Origin: Octopus vulgaris
Taxonomy: Eukaryota
Assembly: GCA_951406725.2 (NCBI GenBank)
Contig: OX597821.1
Location: 77,004,001-77,068,000, forward strand
Direction of reading: 5' to 3'
DNA length: 64,000 nt
Part shown: piece after piece, positions 1 to 13,109 of the stretch
How the letters are laid out: the number at the start of each line of letters is the position of its first letter
Numbering within the stretch: the first letter of the stretch is position 1
Translations under genes and position numbers: made by a program
The notes under the pieces: generated by a model
What the model was told of the DNA's origin: nothing
Databases searched by the model: none
The model's input: the letters and a program-made list of their open reading frames with translations, nothing else

Positions 1-79
1 TCGACAAACAGACACACACAAGATTCATCATTCTTTCCTCCGTCAGTTTCGGAGGTCAAGCATGAAGGTCATGAGTGCT

Positions 80-268
80 GCACAAAGCCAGCAATTTCGT
101 ACGAGTTGATAAGTCGATTACATCGATCTGTGTTCAGCTGGGACTTATTTTATCGATGCCGATAGATGAAAGGCAAATTCGGCGGAAGTTGAACTCAGAA
201 CGTAACGGCAGACGAAATACGTCTACGCATTTCGCCCGGCGTGCAAACGATTCTGCCAGCTAGCCGCT
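80..268 (-). mobile_element. tRNA-derived SINE family A (central motif resembles Meta/MESC domain)
   Basis: Reverse complement begins GCGGCTAGCTGGCAGAATCGTT and contains GAGTTCAA (B-box-like) and TGCCTTTCATC. Many copies recur across the window. Confidence 0.8.
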
Positions 269-520
269 TTTGTTCCTTCTCGAGCCATGCCAGGTTCATA
301 AGGGCCAGTTTCCTGATTTCAGTAGCGTAGAAATTCCCCACCTAGACGGGACGCCGGTCTGTTGCAGGATTACTCATTTTTGCCAGCTGAGTGGACTGGA
401 GCAACATGAAAATGAAGTGTTTTGCTCAAGAACACAACGCATCGCCCTTTCCAGGAATCGAAACCACAACCTTGCGATCATGAGTTCAACACCCTAACCA
501 CTATGCCACGCGCCTCCACA
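268..520 (-). mobile_element. tRNA-derived SINE, middle module M2 + tail T2 (V-SINE-like)
   Basis: Head GGAGGCGCGTGGCATAGTGGTTAGG...GGTTTCGATTCC, middle CTCCAGTCCACTCAGCTGGCAAAAATGAGTA, tail ...GGCTCGAGAAGGAACAA shared with 52812-53110. Confidence 0.8.
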
Positions 521-699
521 AGGCGGACGAAATGCCGCTAAGCATTTTTTTCCGGTGTGTGCTAACGATTCTGCTAGTTTGCCGGCTTGAAGAATTAAAA
601 ATTATTGAAAACATTTCTTTTCTTGACAAGATATAAAATAATTTTGATCGCAATTAATAAATTAAGTTTCCATCGAAGAGAAAAAATGTTGTCGATATT

Positions 700-1250
700 G
701 CTAGCGATAATATGGCAGTGACCAGACAACATCGTGGGGCATCGGAAAAACATTTCCTTGCAGTGTTTCTCCCGAGATTTCACATTCTGAGTTCAAATAC
801 CCCTCGAGGCAAACTTTACCGTTCGTCGTTTCGATATAATCGACTAACCTTCTACCAAATAATGTCGGTCTTGGGCCAAAATTTAAAGGCAATATTGTTG
901 ATAATATTTGCTGAGTTATATTTCGTCTGTCTTTACGTTCTGTGTTTAAATTCCACCAAGGTTACCTTTGGCTTTCATCCTTTCGAGGTCGATAAATTGA
1001 GTACCAGTTGTGTACTGGGGTCGATCTAATTGACTGGCCCTCTCTAAAAACATTTCAGGCCTTGTACCTAGATTATAAAAAAATATTTACTGAGTTCAAG
1101 GCGGCGAGCTGACATAATCGTTTTACCGCGCCGGGCAAAATTTTTATACGCATTTCGTCCGTCTTTACGTTCAGAGTTCAAATTCTGCCGAAGTCGACTT
1201 ACCTTATCCTTTCGAGGTCGACAAAAAAAGTACCAGTTTGAGCGCTGGGT
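700..1250 (+). mobile_element. Three degenerate tandem SINE family A copies
   Basis: TTCTGAGTTCAAAT...TTTCATCCTTTCGAGGTCGATAAATT-like blocks recur at about 785, 940 and 1170. Confidence 0.75.
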
Positions 1251-1819
1251 TTAGTCTCTTCACTGAAACTGTTGGCCTCGAACCAATATTGGAAGCCAAT
1301 ATTTGCTGAGTTAACGAAAATATTTGTGTGTGTGTGTGTGTTTTGTTCCACATATTTATATTCAGAGTATCATTATTGTTAATATTTATTATTGTTCTTG
1401 TTTCCATTCATATATCAAATATTTTACTGCGTGACGTAAAAACCATACGAACATTTAAATGAAATTCTTCGTATGAATACTTGTTTCCACCCAGCGCCAT
1501 TTTAATTACGAATTATTACCGAATATTATTTATATGCAATGAATTACGGTTGAAGATCGTTCTTACCTTCTAATTACAGACAATAGAAGGAATTTAGATG
1601 AATTTAGATGAACGTGTCAAAATGCCATGGAATGAGAGACAACTTGGAATTCATTCTACAGTCTCGGTCTTCATGCATAGAAAACCAAGCATGACATCAC
1701 AAATAAACCATTTTCTACGTTCAGTAACAATAGAAGCTATTCAAAAGTTTGAAACAAAAACTTGAATCGTTCACGTATAAAATGTACTGTAATGCGACAG
1801 AATTATGTCAATACAGACA

Positions 1820-2010
1820 ATGGCACTCTGTCGGTTACGACGACGAGGGTGCCAGATGGTCCGATCAATGGAACAACCTGTTCGTGAAAGTAACGTGCAA
1901 GGGATTGAGCACTCCACAGACACTCGTACCCTTATGATATTTCTTTGGGAAATTCAGCGTGACATAATGTGACAAGGCTGGCCCTTTGAAATACAGGAAC
2001 TACTCATATT
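1820..2010 (-). mobile_element. SINE 3' fragment, tail T1
   Basis: GTCGGTTACGACGACGAGGG...GCTGGCCCTTTGAAATACAGG matches the copy at 22715-23032. Confidence 0.8.
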
Positions 2011-2099
2011 TGAATTATGTCACATCAGAAGGAAAGTGCAAATCAAGTCAACGAAAGAGTTCCATACAATGGCTCAAACTGCTAATAATATGTTCTACA

Positions 2100-2431
2100 T
2101 AAACGGTTGACAACGGCATCCATATAAGATTTTTGCGGGTCCACTCAAGTAAATAGCAAATTAGGGATCCACATTCGTACATGAAAAAGTCTTGCTTTAG
2201 AATCATTTCTTGTAAGAATCAGCTAGATTTATTTCTATAACGTTTTACTTAGTTCAACCAACACAAGTTAATGTGTAGGAAAAGCAAAATAGGCATTTTG
2301 AAAAAAAAACCCCCAAAAAACTAGCTTATAAGCATCAAATGGCGATGGGAATCCACCAAAATAAAATAGTAATCAAAGGGGTCCATAGACAAAAAAAAAC
2401 AAAAAAAACAAATATGGTCGGGAACCTCTGC
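2100..2431. mobile_element. Degenerate hAT-type MITE
   Basis: Right end GGTCGGGAACCTCTG resembles hAT/Charlie TIRs (CAG(T/G)GGTTCCCAACC reversed), with repeated internal GG(G)TCCA motifs. The left end is decayed. Confidence 0.45.
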
Positions 2432-2789
2432 TCTACATAGTCGCTCGACCTACAAGTAATAGAAGTCAAATTTCCACGAGATAACGAAGTAACCTGTACG
2501 TTGTCGTTTGGTTTTCTCGTAATGGCAACAACATATTTGACAAAAACCACCATGACACTTTTCAGAAACGGACACATATATTGGATAGTATAATCAATGA
2601 TTAAAAAGAAAAACAAATCCTCGGATGATCACTGCTAGATCATCTTCGATCATTGGTCGAATCGATCAGAATTTACACGCTGGCAACAAGAATAACAACA
2701 ACAACTTCATGTTCAGAAACATACGAAAACATCTACATCGGATGTAATCTCAGCAACCTTCATATTTTATGTTATTTATTTATATAAAG

Positions 2790-3100
2790 GTGGAGGTGCA
2801 ATGGCCCAGTGATTAGGGCAGCAGACTCACGGTCGAAGGATCGTGGTTTCGATTCCCAGACTGGGCGTTGTGTGTGCTTATTGAGCGAAAACACCTAAAG
2901 CTCCACGTGGCTCCGGCAGAGGGTGGTGGCTACCCCTGTTGTACTCTTTCGCCCCAACTTTCTCTCACTCTTTCTTCCTGTTTCTTGGGTAACGCTGCGA
3001 TGGATTGGCGTCCCGTCTATCTGGGGAGAACACATATGCCACAGAAACCGGAAAACCAGGCCCATGAGCCTGGCTAGGCTTGAAAAGGGTGCATAAATAA
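2790..3100 (+). mobile_element. tRNA-derived SINE, middle module M1 + tail T2-like
   Basis: A-box TGGCCCAGTGA and B-box GGTTTCGATTCC. The middle is the same type as 19948-20330, but the 3' part is CTGCGATGGATTGGCGTCCCGTC...GAAACCGGAAAACC. Confidence 0.85.
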
Positions 3101-3112
3101 TAAATTTATATA

Positions 3113-3535
3113 AAGGCAGCGAGCTGGCAGAAACGTTAGCACGCCGGGTGAAATACTTAGTTCTGATTTCAAATTCCGTTGAGGTCGACTTTGCCTTTCA
3201 TCCTTTCGGGGTCAATAAATTAAGTACCAGTTGCGTACTGAGGTCGATTTAATCAACTAGACCCTCCCACCAAATTTCGGGCCTTGTGCCTAGAGTAGAA
3301 AAGATTATTGATCTTTATAAAGGCGGTGAGCTGGCAGAAACGTTAGCACGCCAGGCGAAATGCTTAGCGGCATTTCGTCTGTCTTTATGTTCTGAATTCA
3401 AATTCCGCCGTGCTCGGCTTTGCCTTTCATCCTTTCGGGGTCGATAAATTAAGTACCAATAAAACACTGGGGTCGGTGCAACTGACTAGTCGCCTCCTCA
3501 CAAATTTCAGGCCCTGTGCCTTTAGCAGAAAAAAT
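3113..3535 (+). mobile_element. Two tandem SINE family A copies
   Basis: AAGGCRGYGAGCTGGCAGAAACGTTAGCACGCC heads at about 3113 and 3320. Each ends with a ...TGTGCCT..AG.AGAAAA.ATTATT-type tail. Confidence 0.9.
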
Positions 3536-4016
3536 TATTTATATATTCATTTATCTATTTTATAAATAGAGTTATAAGCCTTCCCAGTATATTGACAAGA
3601 AACCCGTGAAAACGGGATTTATGTGCCTATGTAATAATGTCCCCTTTTCTCCCGTTACGTGTGTTTATATATATATCCTAACAGATTATTTTCTATAGTC
3701 AATATAGAGTGAAAGCTTATAAATTTATTAACAAATTTTCAATCGCCACCGTTTCCTAAATCACGCACAATCCGCTTTCTTATATGCTTATGTTCTAGTA
3801 TTACGCAGCGTGCACCAAAGAAATAAATAATAAATAAATATTTTAAGAATTGTTCTGAAAGATGAAAGCGGTGCGTACATGTAGTTTTTATGAAGATAAA
3901 CATAAGAAGGAGAAATAAAGAAATTTAAGGACATTTCAAATAAAGGTCTTAGCAATTTTAGTTTAATTTCAGAGCAAGTTCCTTTCAGCTCGAGCCAATT
4001 CTACCCACGTAGAGAC

Positions 4017-4438
4017 TTTCTTTATTACCCACAAGGGGCTAAACATAGAGGGGACAAACAACGACAGACAGAGGTATTAAGTCGATTACATCGACCCCAG
4101 TGCGTAACTGGTCCTTAATTTATCGACCCCGAAAGGATGAAAGGCAAAGTCGCCCTCGGCGGAATTTGAACTCAGAACGTAACGACAGACGAAATACGGC
4201 TACGCATTTCGCCCGGCGCGTTAACGTTTCTGCCAGCTCGCCGCTTTTGTTTCTACTCTTGGCACAAGGCTCGAAATTTTGGGGGAGGGGGCCAGTTGAT
4301 TAGATCGACCCCAGTACGCAACTGGTACTTAATTTATCGACCCCGAAAGGATGAAAAGCAAAGTCGTCCTCAGCGGAATTTGAACACAGAACGTAACGGC
4401 AGACGAAATATGGGTACGCTTCTGCCAGCTCGCCGCCT
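4017..4438 (-). mobile_element. Two tandem SINE family A copies (one with the ...CCCCTTGTGGGTAATAAA tail variant)
   Basis: Reverse-complement matches to family A with two different tails. Confidence 0.9.
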
Positions 4439-4475
4439 TACAGACTTACGTTATTGCACAGATGCAACTACGCCA

Positions 4476-4544
<69 letters not shown>

Positions 4545-4554
4545 CACACACACG

Positions 4555-4589
<35 letters not shown>

Positions 4590-4794
4590 GCACGCACACA
4601 CACACACACACACACACCATAATATGTACGTGTAGTTCACCATATTTTCTTCCGTTCCCATAGCTATATTCAACAGACATACGAAAACTAAATAACTAAT
4701 TATTATTATTATTATTATTTACTATTATTATGCATATAAGTCCTTGTGGCTAATAAAGAAAAAAATATTATTGTTATTGTTTTTGCTATTATTA

Positions 4795-4840
<46 letters not shown>

Positions 4841-5764
4841 GACTATTGTAATTATTGTTGTTATTGTTGTTGTTGTTGCTGTTCGTTCCTCTTGTTTTCC
4901 TTTTTACATCCTTCTCCTGCCTCATACATCACTACATGTCAAGTGAAGCTTTCGTACGGTGTCGACATTTAAATATTCTGACATTGCTATTCACATATGG
5001 AGATCAACTTCCTCAAAAAAGATCCAGCCAGCTTTGTCTTCTTCTTCCTCCTACTCCTCCCCCTCCTTCTTCTTCTTCTTCTTCTTCTTCTTCTTCTTCT
5101 TCTTCTTCGCCCACTCGATTAGTTCTACCTTTTCTTTTCTTGTTTTTTTTTGTTTTTTGTTTTTCCCCCCTCCTGAAATTGCGAGATCTTGTTTTCATTT
5201 CTGTTGGGCGAACGATATATGATATGAGCTGGAGACAATTCCACTAAAATAGTTTGACATTGATGTGGAGAACTAATAAACCGTGCAAGAACAGGAATTC
5301 CCCGTGTTTTTAGTTTTAGATTTAACGCCCTAACAATGTATTATTTCTTGGTTATTTTAACTCGTCTAACTCACCGTCTGTTGCTCTGTGCTTTTAGGGG
5401 TTTGGGGGTTTGTTTGTCGTTCAGTTTATGTGACTGTATTTGATTGTTCGTGTATGCTATTCTTCATGAATATGCTCAAATATGATTAAGTATGGCTGGG
5501 TGGTTTATGAAGTTCGCACCACAAGCATGCGCCCTCACGTTCGATCCCGACATGTGGCATTTTAGGTAAGCAAGTGTCTCCTATAAGTGTAATTGATTAA
5601 CCTGACGTTGCGTGGTAGCCACGATGGACTGTGCCAATTATCCAAAAGACCAGTCATGGTGCACGCTAACACTTTGATTCGGCCTTACACTTTGAGGGTA
5701 AACGAGCTTATGGGATGCTCAGTTACTTATATTGTAGATCAATGAGGTGTTGATAGTGTGAGCA

Positions 5765-6000
5765 CCTTCCTGAGCCATAAGGCCAGAAGGCCGTTTACCT
5801 GGATTCTGCGGCGTACGTATCTCCGCCCCCACTATCTCACAGTGGACGGGACGCTGCTCCTCGAAGGATGACTAATTTTTACCAGCTGAGTGGACTGGGG
5901 CAATAAAGTGAAATGAAGGGTTTTGCACAAGAACTCAATGCACCACCCGGTCCATAAATATTGAAACCACTCTCATGAGTGCAACGCCCCACACACTAAA
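5765..6000 (-). mobile_element. Degenerate SINE with M2 middle module
   Basis: GGACGGGACGC...CCAGCTGAGTGGACTGG...GAAATGAAG...TTTTGCACAAGAAC, as in 268-520. Confidence 0.7.
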
Positions 6001-6393
6001 CCCCAACACAAACACATCCGCATACACATCCACACACTCACACACAGGCACACATACACACACATACAAACCATGCACATATAATGGATTCTCCACTCCG
6101 TTTCGTCGTATGAATGTCTAACAGCCAATATTATTGCTGTTAAATTACCTGTACAGGTGATATATATTTTGGTAGTGAAGGCTTGTGTACGGCCCATCAC
6201 ACATTTTGGAATGGCTTATAGTTGACTCAAATGTTTGCCACAAACTCAATGAACATCATATTTCAGGCTTTTCTATTAGTCTTCTACCCGCTACTTTAAT
6301 TGTCTACCCTGGTGGACTAAGTGCGCACCTGGACATCAAAACAGAAATTTCGAAGTCCTTGAACACACAGACATACACACACACGCGCTCTCA

Positions 6394-6466
<73 letters not shown>

Positions 6467-8839
6467 TATTTGTGCGTTAACAAGGTTACCAATAGTTTCA
6501 GGTAGCACGCCGATCAAAGTGCTTTCGTCTGTCTTGGCGTTCTGAGTTCAAAATGCTGCCCAGAGTCACTTTGCCTTTCATCCCTTGGGGGTGGATAAAA
6601 TAAACACCAGTTAATTACAGGGATCAATGTAATCGTGCCAAAATTTGAAACCATACGTATGGTAGTATTTGTGCATGTGTGCATGTGTGCTTGCGCGTGT
6701 TTACTATGGGTTTATACTTACTCAAAGAGATTGTGTAATTTTCTGTTTTAATACATCTCATATACGTTGGAATAGAATAGTAAATAATTCTGGTAAATAT
6801 ACGTTCTGGCATTTTTGTAACGTTTGACTGTTTTCTGGCAATATACGTTTCCTAATTGAAAGTTTCGGTGCGAAAATTAACCAGGAAGGTATTTATGGTA
6901 TGAGCATGTTTCTTATAGAAACTGCACTCGGGAAACCTCGGGATAAATCGTCAGTATAATAAAGAGAAACTAACAAAAATAGAGACATAGTTTTATGTTC
7001 GGTGCAGTGTTTTGTTACGTGTGATGTTGTGAAACAGTTGTTGACTTGTTAACAAATTAATTGGGTTTACTCTATAGTCTGAACAAGTACTGTTCAGATT
7101 CTAAGATTTTTGATGGGAGTTCTTAAAGCTTTTTTATCGCGACTGTTGTTGCATGTCTGTTCTTCGTTTTCAGATCATAAGTACCGCTTTCGTTCTTCCT
7201 TACTTACTTTATATATCTAGCAGACTATTTAGCTTCTTCACAATAATATCTCTGTAGATAATTTGTGCGTTTGGAATTCTTCATTTGATTTCCTCTCTTT
7301 TGATCATTGTCGTTTTAGTGTGCCGTGTCCTGACATTATCAGTGCTACATGATGCTAAAGAAATAATACCATGTATCCTACAGAGAGTTTGCACTTAAGC
7401 AGTTTTACTTCCTCGTCTACTGATCATCATATTCGAAACGACTTGAACCTAATATTATTATTTTTCCGCCTATTTTCTTTATTTTTCCTAGTAAAAGAAA
7501 GCGTAATCTTCTTAAGGTTATTTTGATGCTAGTAAAAGTTTTAGTAGCGAGAAAGAAGAACGCAATGTAAATTAAGTACGAAACAAATGATCTGTATAGC
7601 TAAGTCCACCTAAGTTTCTATGTATTTTTCCACTGTAAAGGTTCATGGAAGTCCTGTTATGTACACTAGTAAATATATATTCTACACCAAAATTTGTTTA
7701 TATAGCGCACATTAAAGGCTCCGGGCTATAATCGCATCTTTAACAAATGATTTATATATACAAATTGAAAACCCGAATGAAAGGCGTCATCCTTTTCAGA
7801 GCAGCCTTCCAAACACACACGTGTTCTGTAAGTATAGGCAATCTTACATTCTGATTCGTCCTCTCACACTCACTTCTACTGTTATAGCAATCTCTGATCC
7901 TCAAAAGCCGCAGACACTGTCCCGAATCTAACAAAACACGTTCGATTCCCCCAACTTTTTATATCTATCATCCTTACTGTGATTTTTCCATCCTTTTGCA
8001 GAACTGCAACATCGTGGAACTTCTCAGACAAGAATTCGTTCCTCCCGATTCTAATTTGCAAGAATTAAGAGAAACTACATCAAAAGATGACAGTAATTAC
8101 TGGTACCAGAGATTTTAATTTGGCTTTCATTTCCTTATTCAGAGAAGCAATGCTTATTATATGACAAAAGTAAGTTAATTAAATGCTAATTAATAGTTTC
8201 TAATTTTGTCACAAGACAAGCAGTTTTTAGAGGGAGAATTATATTGAACCAGTTGTACTTATTTAATATTAGAAACTTGTACCTATTTTCCCGACCCCGG
8301 AAGAATGTGAAGCAAAGACGACTGAACTGAAATTTGAACTCAGAATGTAGAGCCGAAAGAAACGTCGCAATGCATTTTGTCCGAACGCTCAAACAATCCC
8401 GATCAGCACTTAGGAGGACCGAAATCATTCTTTCCTTGACCATCTCAATTTCTTTCAAGCAACGTCGTCGCAACTGAAATTCTTCGCAAATCCCACCTTA
8501 CAGGCTAAAAAATAAAGGACATGCTGGATTATGTAAATCTAGATGATATTATGCTTGTAAAAAACAAAACAAAAAAAACATGGAATGGTTACGGCAAGAA
8601 TTATGATCAGTGTTGTTGTCTTAGGGCCAGACAATAAGAACTAGGACCCTTGTAAGGACCATTCCATGAATTTTCTTTGTAGCTCGCTTAAAGATGATAT
8701 CCACTCAGCGTCAGAACAATCTCCACAACTCCCTGCAACAGAAGGAAAAACAAGGAATAAGCATTAATATGTCACAAATTTAGAGAGAAAAATAATTCAC
8801 CTACACCCATCCTACCATTATACTGGTTTAAAATCATTT

Positions 8840-9275
8840 GTCACAAGACCCGCAATTACGGGAGGGGACTTTTGATTAAATCGACCGCAGTGCTCAACTG
8901 GGACACCGAAAAGATGAAAGATAAAGTCGGCCTCGGCGTAATTTGAACTCAGAACATAAGGACGGACGAAATACCGCTAAACATTTCGCCCCGTGTGCTA
9001 ACGATTACGCCAGCTCACCGCCTTATTCTAGCATTATATTACCTATTTCTTTACTACCCACAAGGGGCTAAACACAGAGAGAACAAACAAGGATAAACAA
9101 ACGGATTAAGTCGATTACATCGACCCCAGTGAGTAACTGGTATTTAATTTATCGACTCTGAAAGGATGAAAGGTAAAGTCGACCTCGGCGGAATTTAAAC
9201 TCAGAACGTAACGACAGACGAAATACGGCTAACGATTTACGCCAGCTCACCGCCTTAGTTTAGCATTATATTACC
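8840..9275 (-). mobile_element. Nested or tandem SINE family A pair with duplicated flank
   Basis: Two heads, each adjoined by TAGCATTATATTACC (9028-9042 and 9261-9275). Confidence 0.85.
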
Positions 9276-10229
9276 GTTACTTAATTTATTAATTCCTTCG
9301 TATCATTAGAGAGTCATATTGTTTGCTTTATTGTAAATCTTCCGGCTCTCTGAACCCGAAGTTCAAGATCTACTGCGGTCGGTTTACCTCTTCGTGTTTC
9401 CTAGGAAGATAAATAAGGAACAAACCATTCAAGTTCTGCCATATATTCTCTATTATTTTCTAGCTCCCTTTTTCTCCCTCTTTCAGACGTGTCTCGTAAC
9501 GATAATATAAAATTTCTTAAATCAATTCTTAATTTCTCAAAACTATTTCCATTTTACTTTGAGCATATCTAACCATTGTTGCAAGCTTGTCTTTCTTTCT
9601 CCAATTAAGAGGCGAATTTCAATTCGTTCGAAATGTTTTGCATACGCCATCGTGTACATTACCATATACGAGAAAAACATGCCCGAAACTTTCTGTTGCT
9701 TCAGTTTTTTGCTGAAAATGCATGAAAATTAAATTCTATGTGAAATTATTTAACTTCTGTGAAATTACGTCCCTTTTAATTTGTGAGTTTCTAACCATTG
9801 CCGCTAGATATTCTCTCTTCAACAAAGTAGAAAACCGAAATTCATAGAGCATTTTTTGCATACATTATCCAAAATTTTACCTTCTGTTGTAACTATGTTT
9901 AGTTGACTGAGTTCACACACACCGTTTTAAAGTTAACCAGTTGGTATTGGGAGACTCATCAACATAGAGGTTCCGATTTTGTTTTCTTTCCTCATAAAAA
10001 TTTACCTCCACTCTGTTTTATCATTATTTTGTATTCACACCTTGACCATGATAAAACAGTCGACAAAGACAAGATTTAAAATACTACCGTTAAATATTAT
10101 CTTAAGTTCAAATAGCAACAACAAAAATAAACACATGCCAATGTTATTCCAGAGCTAATGAGGAACAGATATTAGAAACAAATACAGTCTTTTGAATTAG
10201 ACGGTGCTTGTTCGTGACTAAATGTAGAC

Positions 10230-10368
10230 TGTCGTTTCAAAATATAGTTTGCAGATGCCATCGCAAAGACTGTGGCAAAGAAATATCCATTATAAAGAAT
10301 ACATTCTTTGAAAAGAATAAATTGAAACTGGAAGAAATAATTGGAATATTTCACGTATATCAATACGA

Positions 10369-10441
<73 letters not shown>

Positions 10442-10560
10442 CCACACCTCTCTCTCCACATATATATATATAACATCATCTGGATAATAACTTCATAACG
10501 TGTATTTCAAAGCTCTTCTACGCTATCGGCTATCATCATACAGCAGGAATACTCTTTTCA
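10230..10560 (+). pseudogene. Merlin (IS1595/ISXO2-like) transposase remnant interrupted by (CTAT)n
   Basis: Translation CRCHRKDCGKEISIIKNTFFEKNKLKLEEIIGIF matches the Merlin N-terminal pattern RCxxxxCxxxxSIRxxTFFExSKL. Downstream IGYHHTA resembles GYxHxTVNH. Confidence 0.55.
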
Positions 10561-10611
10561 CTAAACATACATGTGGGAATCCTTTAGTGTATACAGAATT
10601 CATATTAAAAA

Positions 10612-10937
10612 AATTATAAAACAAGAATCTGGAATGAACAGGCTTTAATCACAATTCGCAACAATTATTTCTGTACATTAATATCAACTGTTAGTTGCTC
10701 AGTTTCCCAAATTATACATATTATTATATAAATACAATATGAGCGTGATCCTGTACTGCATGAAGGTCACCAGGCGAATGGCTTTGAGAGTACCTGAGGA
10801 CGTGCGAGTCCACTGCTCCTGTCGGATCGTATTTATATAATAATATTTATGACATGCAAATCTGAGCAACTAATGTACAGAAACAACTGTTGGGAATGTG
10901 ATTAAAGCCTGTTGATGCTCTCTTTTTGTTTTATAAA

Positions 10938-10938
<1 letters not shown>
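10612..10938. repeat. Imperfect fold-back (inverted repeat, arms about 125 bp)
   Basis: AACAGGCTTTAATCACA...TCTGTACATTA...GTTGCTCAG...ATATTATTATATAAATAC is mirrored by GTATTTATATAATAATAT...CTGAGCAAC...TAATGTACAGA...TGTGATTAAAGCCTGTT. Confidence 0.85.
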
Positions 10939-10970
<32 letters not shown>

Positions 10971-11617
10971 TAAATTTCGTATTAGAAGCAGCTATATAAT
11001 AATGGAAGTATTATCGATATCACATAGTTAATGTGTGTGCTTTGTTTAAGCGCTTTTCTTTTACGGGTTTCGTCCAGAAAAACTCCTTTTAAGATGCAGA
11101 GTGTTAAAAAGTACAGGGTGTCCCAAAACCAGCAGAGCGAATAGCTCCGGGAGGTGAATGAGAACGACAGGTATCGAAATTTCACTTTTATTTCAGCTCA
11201 CCGGTGCTATATATATTCGAGTCACCCTCGAAACGGGTTTAAATCGCTGAGCCGAGGTATATACAGATATCGTAAAATCTATCTGCTGATGTGGAACAAC
11301 ACCGCACAAGTAAAACAAATTTTAATTTTGTCTTTGAAGCTGCTCTAATGATGCTTATTGCATCATTGCTGTCACATATTAAATCTATGTATTTTGTTTA
11401 AATGCTTTAAGTTTACGGTATTCCGTCCATATCATTCATTCGTTTTGACCCGTTTTGCAAAGCAGGATAAAAAGAAACGCCGCGAAGCATTCTATCCGAC
11501 GCTTTGTCAATACAATTCCGTTTCCTTCTGTTATTAACAATTTTACTAATTATTATGTTTCTAGTAATTACAGAGGGTCACACATGTAGAGGGAGGAACT
11601 GTCAATTGTATGCAAAC

Positions 11618-11940
11618 TGGCAGTCGGTCTGTTACAATGACGAGGGTTCCAGTGGATCCGATCAACAGAACAACCTGCTCATGGAATTAACGTGCAAGCG
11701 GCTGAGCACTCTACAGAGACACAGAATGTGACGAAGAATGTGAGAGAGAATGTGACGGAGCTGGCCCTGACGCAGAATGTGACGAAGCTGGCCCTTTGAA
11801 ATACTAGTCATTTTCGCCTGGTGATTAGATTAGAGCAAAGAGAAATAAAGTGTCTGGCTCAAGGACACAAGGCGCCCTCGAGTATTGAACTTCTGACCTT
11901 ACGACTGCTGGCCGAGTACTCTAACCACTAAGCCACGAGA
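11618..11940 (-). mobile_element. tRNA-derived SINE, middle M2 + tail T1
   Basis: Tail matches 22715-22890, the middle matches 268-520, and the head is GTGGCTTAGTGGTTAGAGT. Confidence 0.75.
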
Positions 11941-12454
11941 CTTATGTCTATCGAATTCATTGTCAGATTATTTTATCGATCACAAAGAAAAATGTATGAA
12001 ATGCAAAGGGAACCTGAACAAGCTTTCGATTCAACGTAAAGGAACGCAACTAAATACCACAAATTATTTCAGCAGATATTCTACCGTCTGAGCAGCATAA
12101 ACTGCTATTAAATTCTCCAACAATTTCGACGATGAACATTCAGTCATTGACGCATGAGATTGACAAGTACCTGAGTACTCCACAGAAATATGTGTATTAT
12201 AAAACAGTGTGACTCAATAGGACAAGTATAGCTCTTGAAAATGCATTTACAGTCAAGAAGAACAACAGAGAAGAAGAAAAGAAAATTCTGGTACTAACAC
12301 TAACACCTCTATTAATTTAAGATGACATGGTAGTATATTATGTCCAGTTGCGAGGAATGTGTTTAATATGTAGAACTAGTTTACCTAATTATGCAACGTC
12401 GCTAAATTTAGTGGCTGTTTAAGTAATGTATTCGTGGATGGCAATGGGCTGGAT

Positions 12455-12507
12455 GTAATACTGATGAAGGAGCAATAACTTCTGAAATATGCATATACAC
12501 CTATTAC
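12455..12507 (+). ncRNA. Minimal type I hammerhead motif with disrupted stem I
   Basis: CTGATGA-aggag-caataa-cttct-GAAA-tatgcata-TA with palindromic stem III. Stem I (gtaata/tattac) is offset by a 4-nt insertion. Confidence 0.6.
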
Positions 12508-12728
12508 CTATTCTTCTATCATCGTTCGTATGGTTTACATAGACGTATTCTTATACGAGACGTCGTAACTTTCAGTACTGGCTCTGTTTTTATAGAAAAT
12601 CTGTAGAGGTAACTTTAAAAGTGACTGAATCGCACTGCTAACACTCGTAGGACACACTATTGACTTATAAGCCTTTAATATACTTGCTAGTATATTATGG
12701 TTGTGTAACGAAATGCGGTTTCCATTTA

Positions 12729-12771
<43 letters not shown>

Positions 12772-12773
12772 TT

Positions 12774-13109
12774 CTCAAATGCTGGTGTAATCGTCTCTTA
12801 AATGACCCATTGGTTACGCTGATGTAATACAGACTTCTTAACTAATGTATTTTTTTTTACCTGATTGAATGACTTGATAATTATCATTATTTTTTGCTTT
12901 GTTTAATTTGTATTATTTAGAAAGATTGTATGGTTGGGAAACGAAATAATTTTACCCGTAAACGTGCTTTAAAATAATTGATTGTATATTATTTGCGATG
13001 AATAACTTCTGAAGTTTGCTGCCTTTGTTGGAGTTATTTGGGAGGGGAATTCTTTTCGCATCTAGGTTATAACTTTTACGCTGAAGAATGAACTGGATCA
13101 AACCGTATT
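12774..13109 (+). repeat. Copy 1 of a ~335-bp direct repeat (copy 2 at 15149-15482)
   Basis: Near-identical sequence TGCTGGTGTAATCGTCTCTTAAATGACC...GAACTGGATCAAACCGTATT at both sites. Confidence 0.9.

Noticed and set aside
1580-1765. Open frame of about 55 codons (+) after an acceptor-like site
   Set aside because: A 10-bp duplication introduces a stop near its start, and no protein motif is recognisable.
6905-6958. Hammerhead-like CTGACGA...GAAA on the minus strand
   Set aside because: Stems I and III do not pair in register.
8002-8091. Exon candidate (+) NCNIVELLRQEFVPPDSNLQELRETTSKDD after a good acceptor
   Set aside because: Short, weak donor, no recognisable homology and no partner exons.
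11112-11135. TA-CAGGGTGTCCCAAAA Tc1-like TIR start
   Set aside because: No matching opposite TIR or transposase sequence was found.
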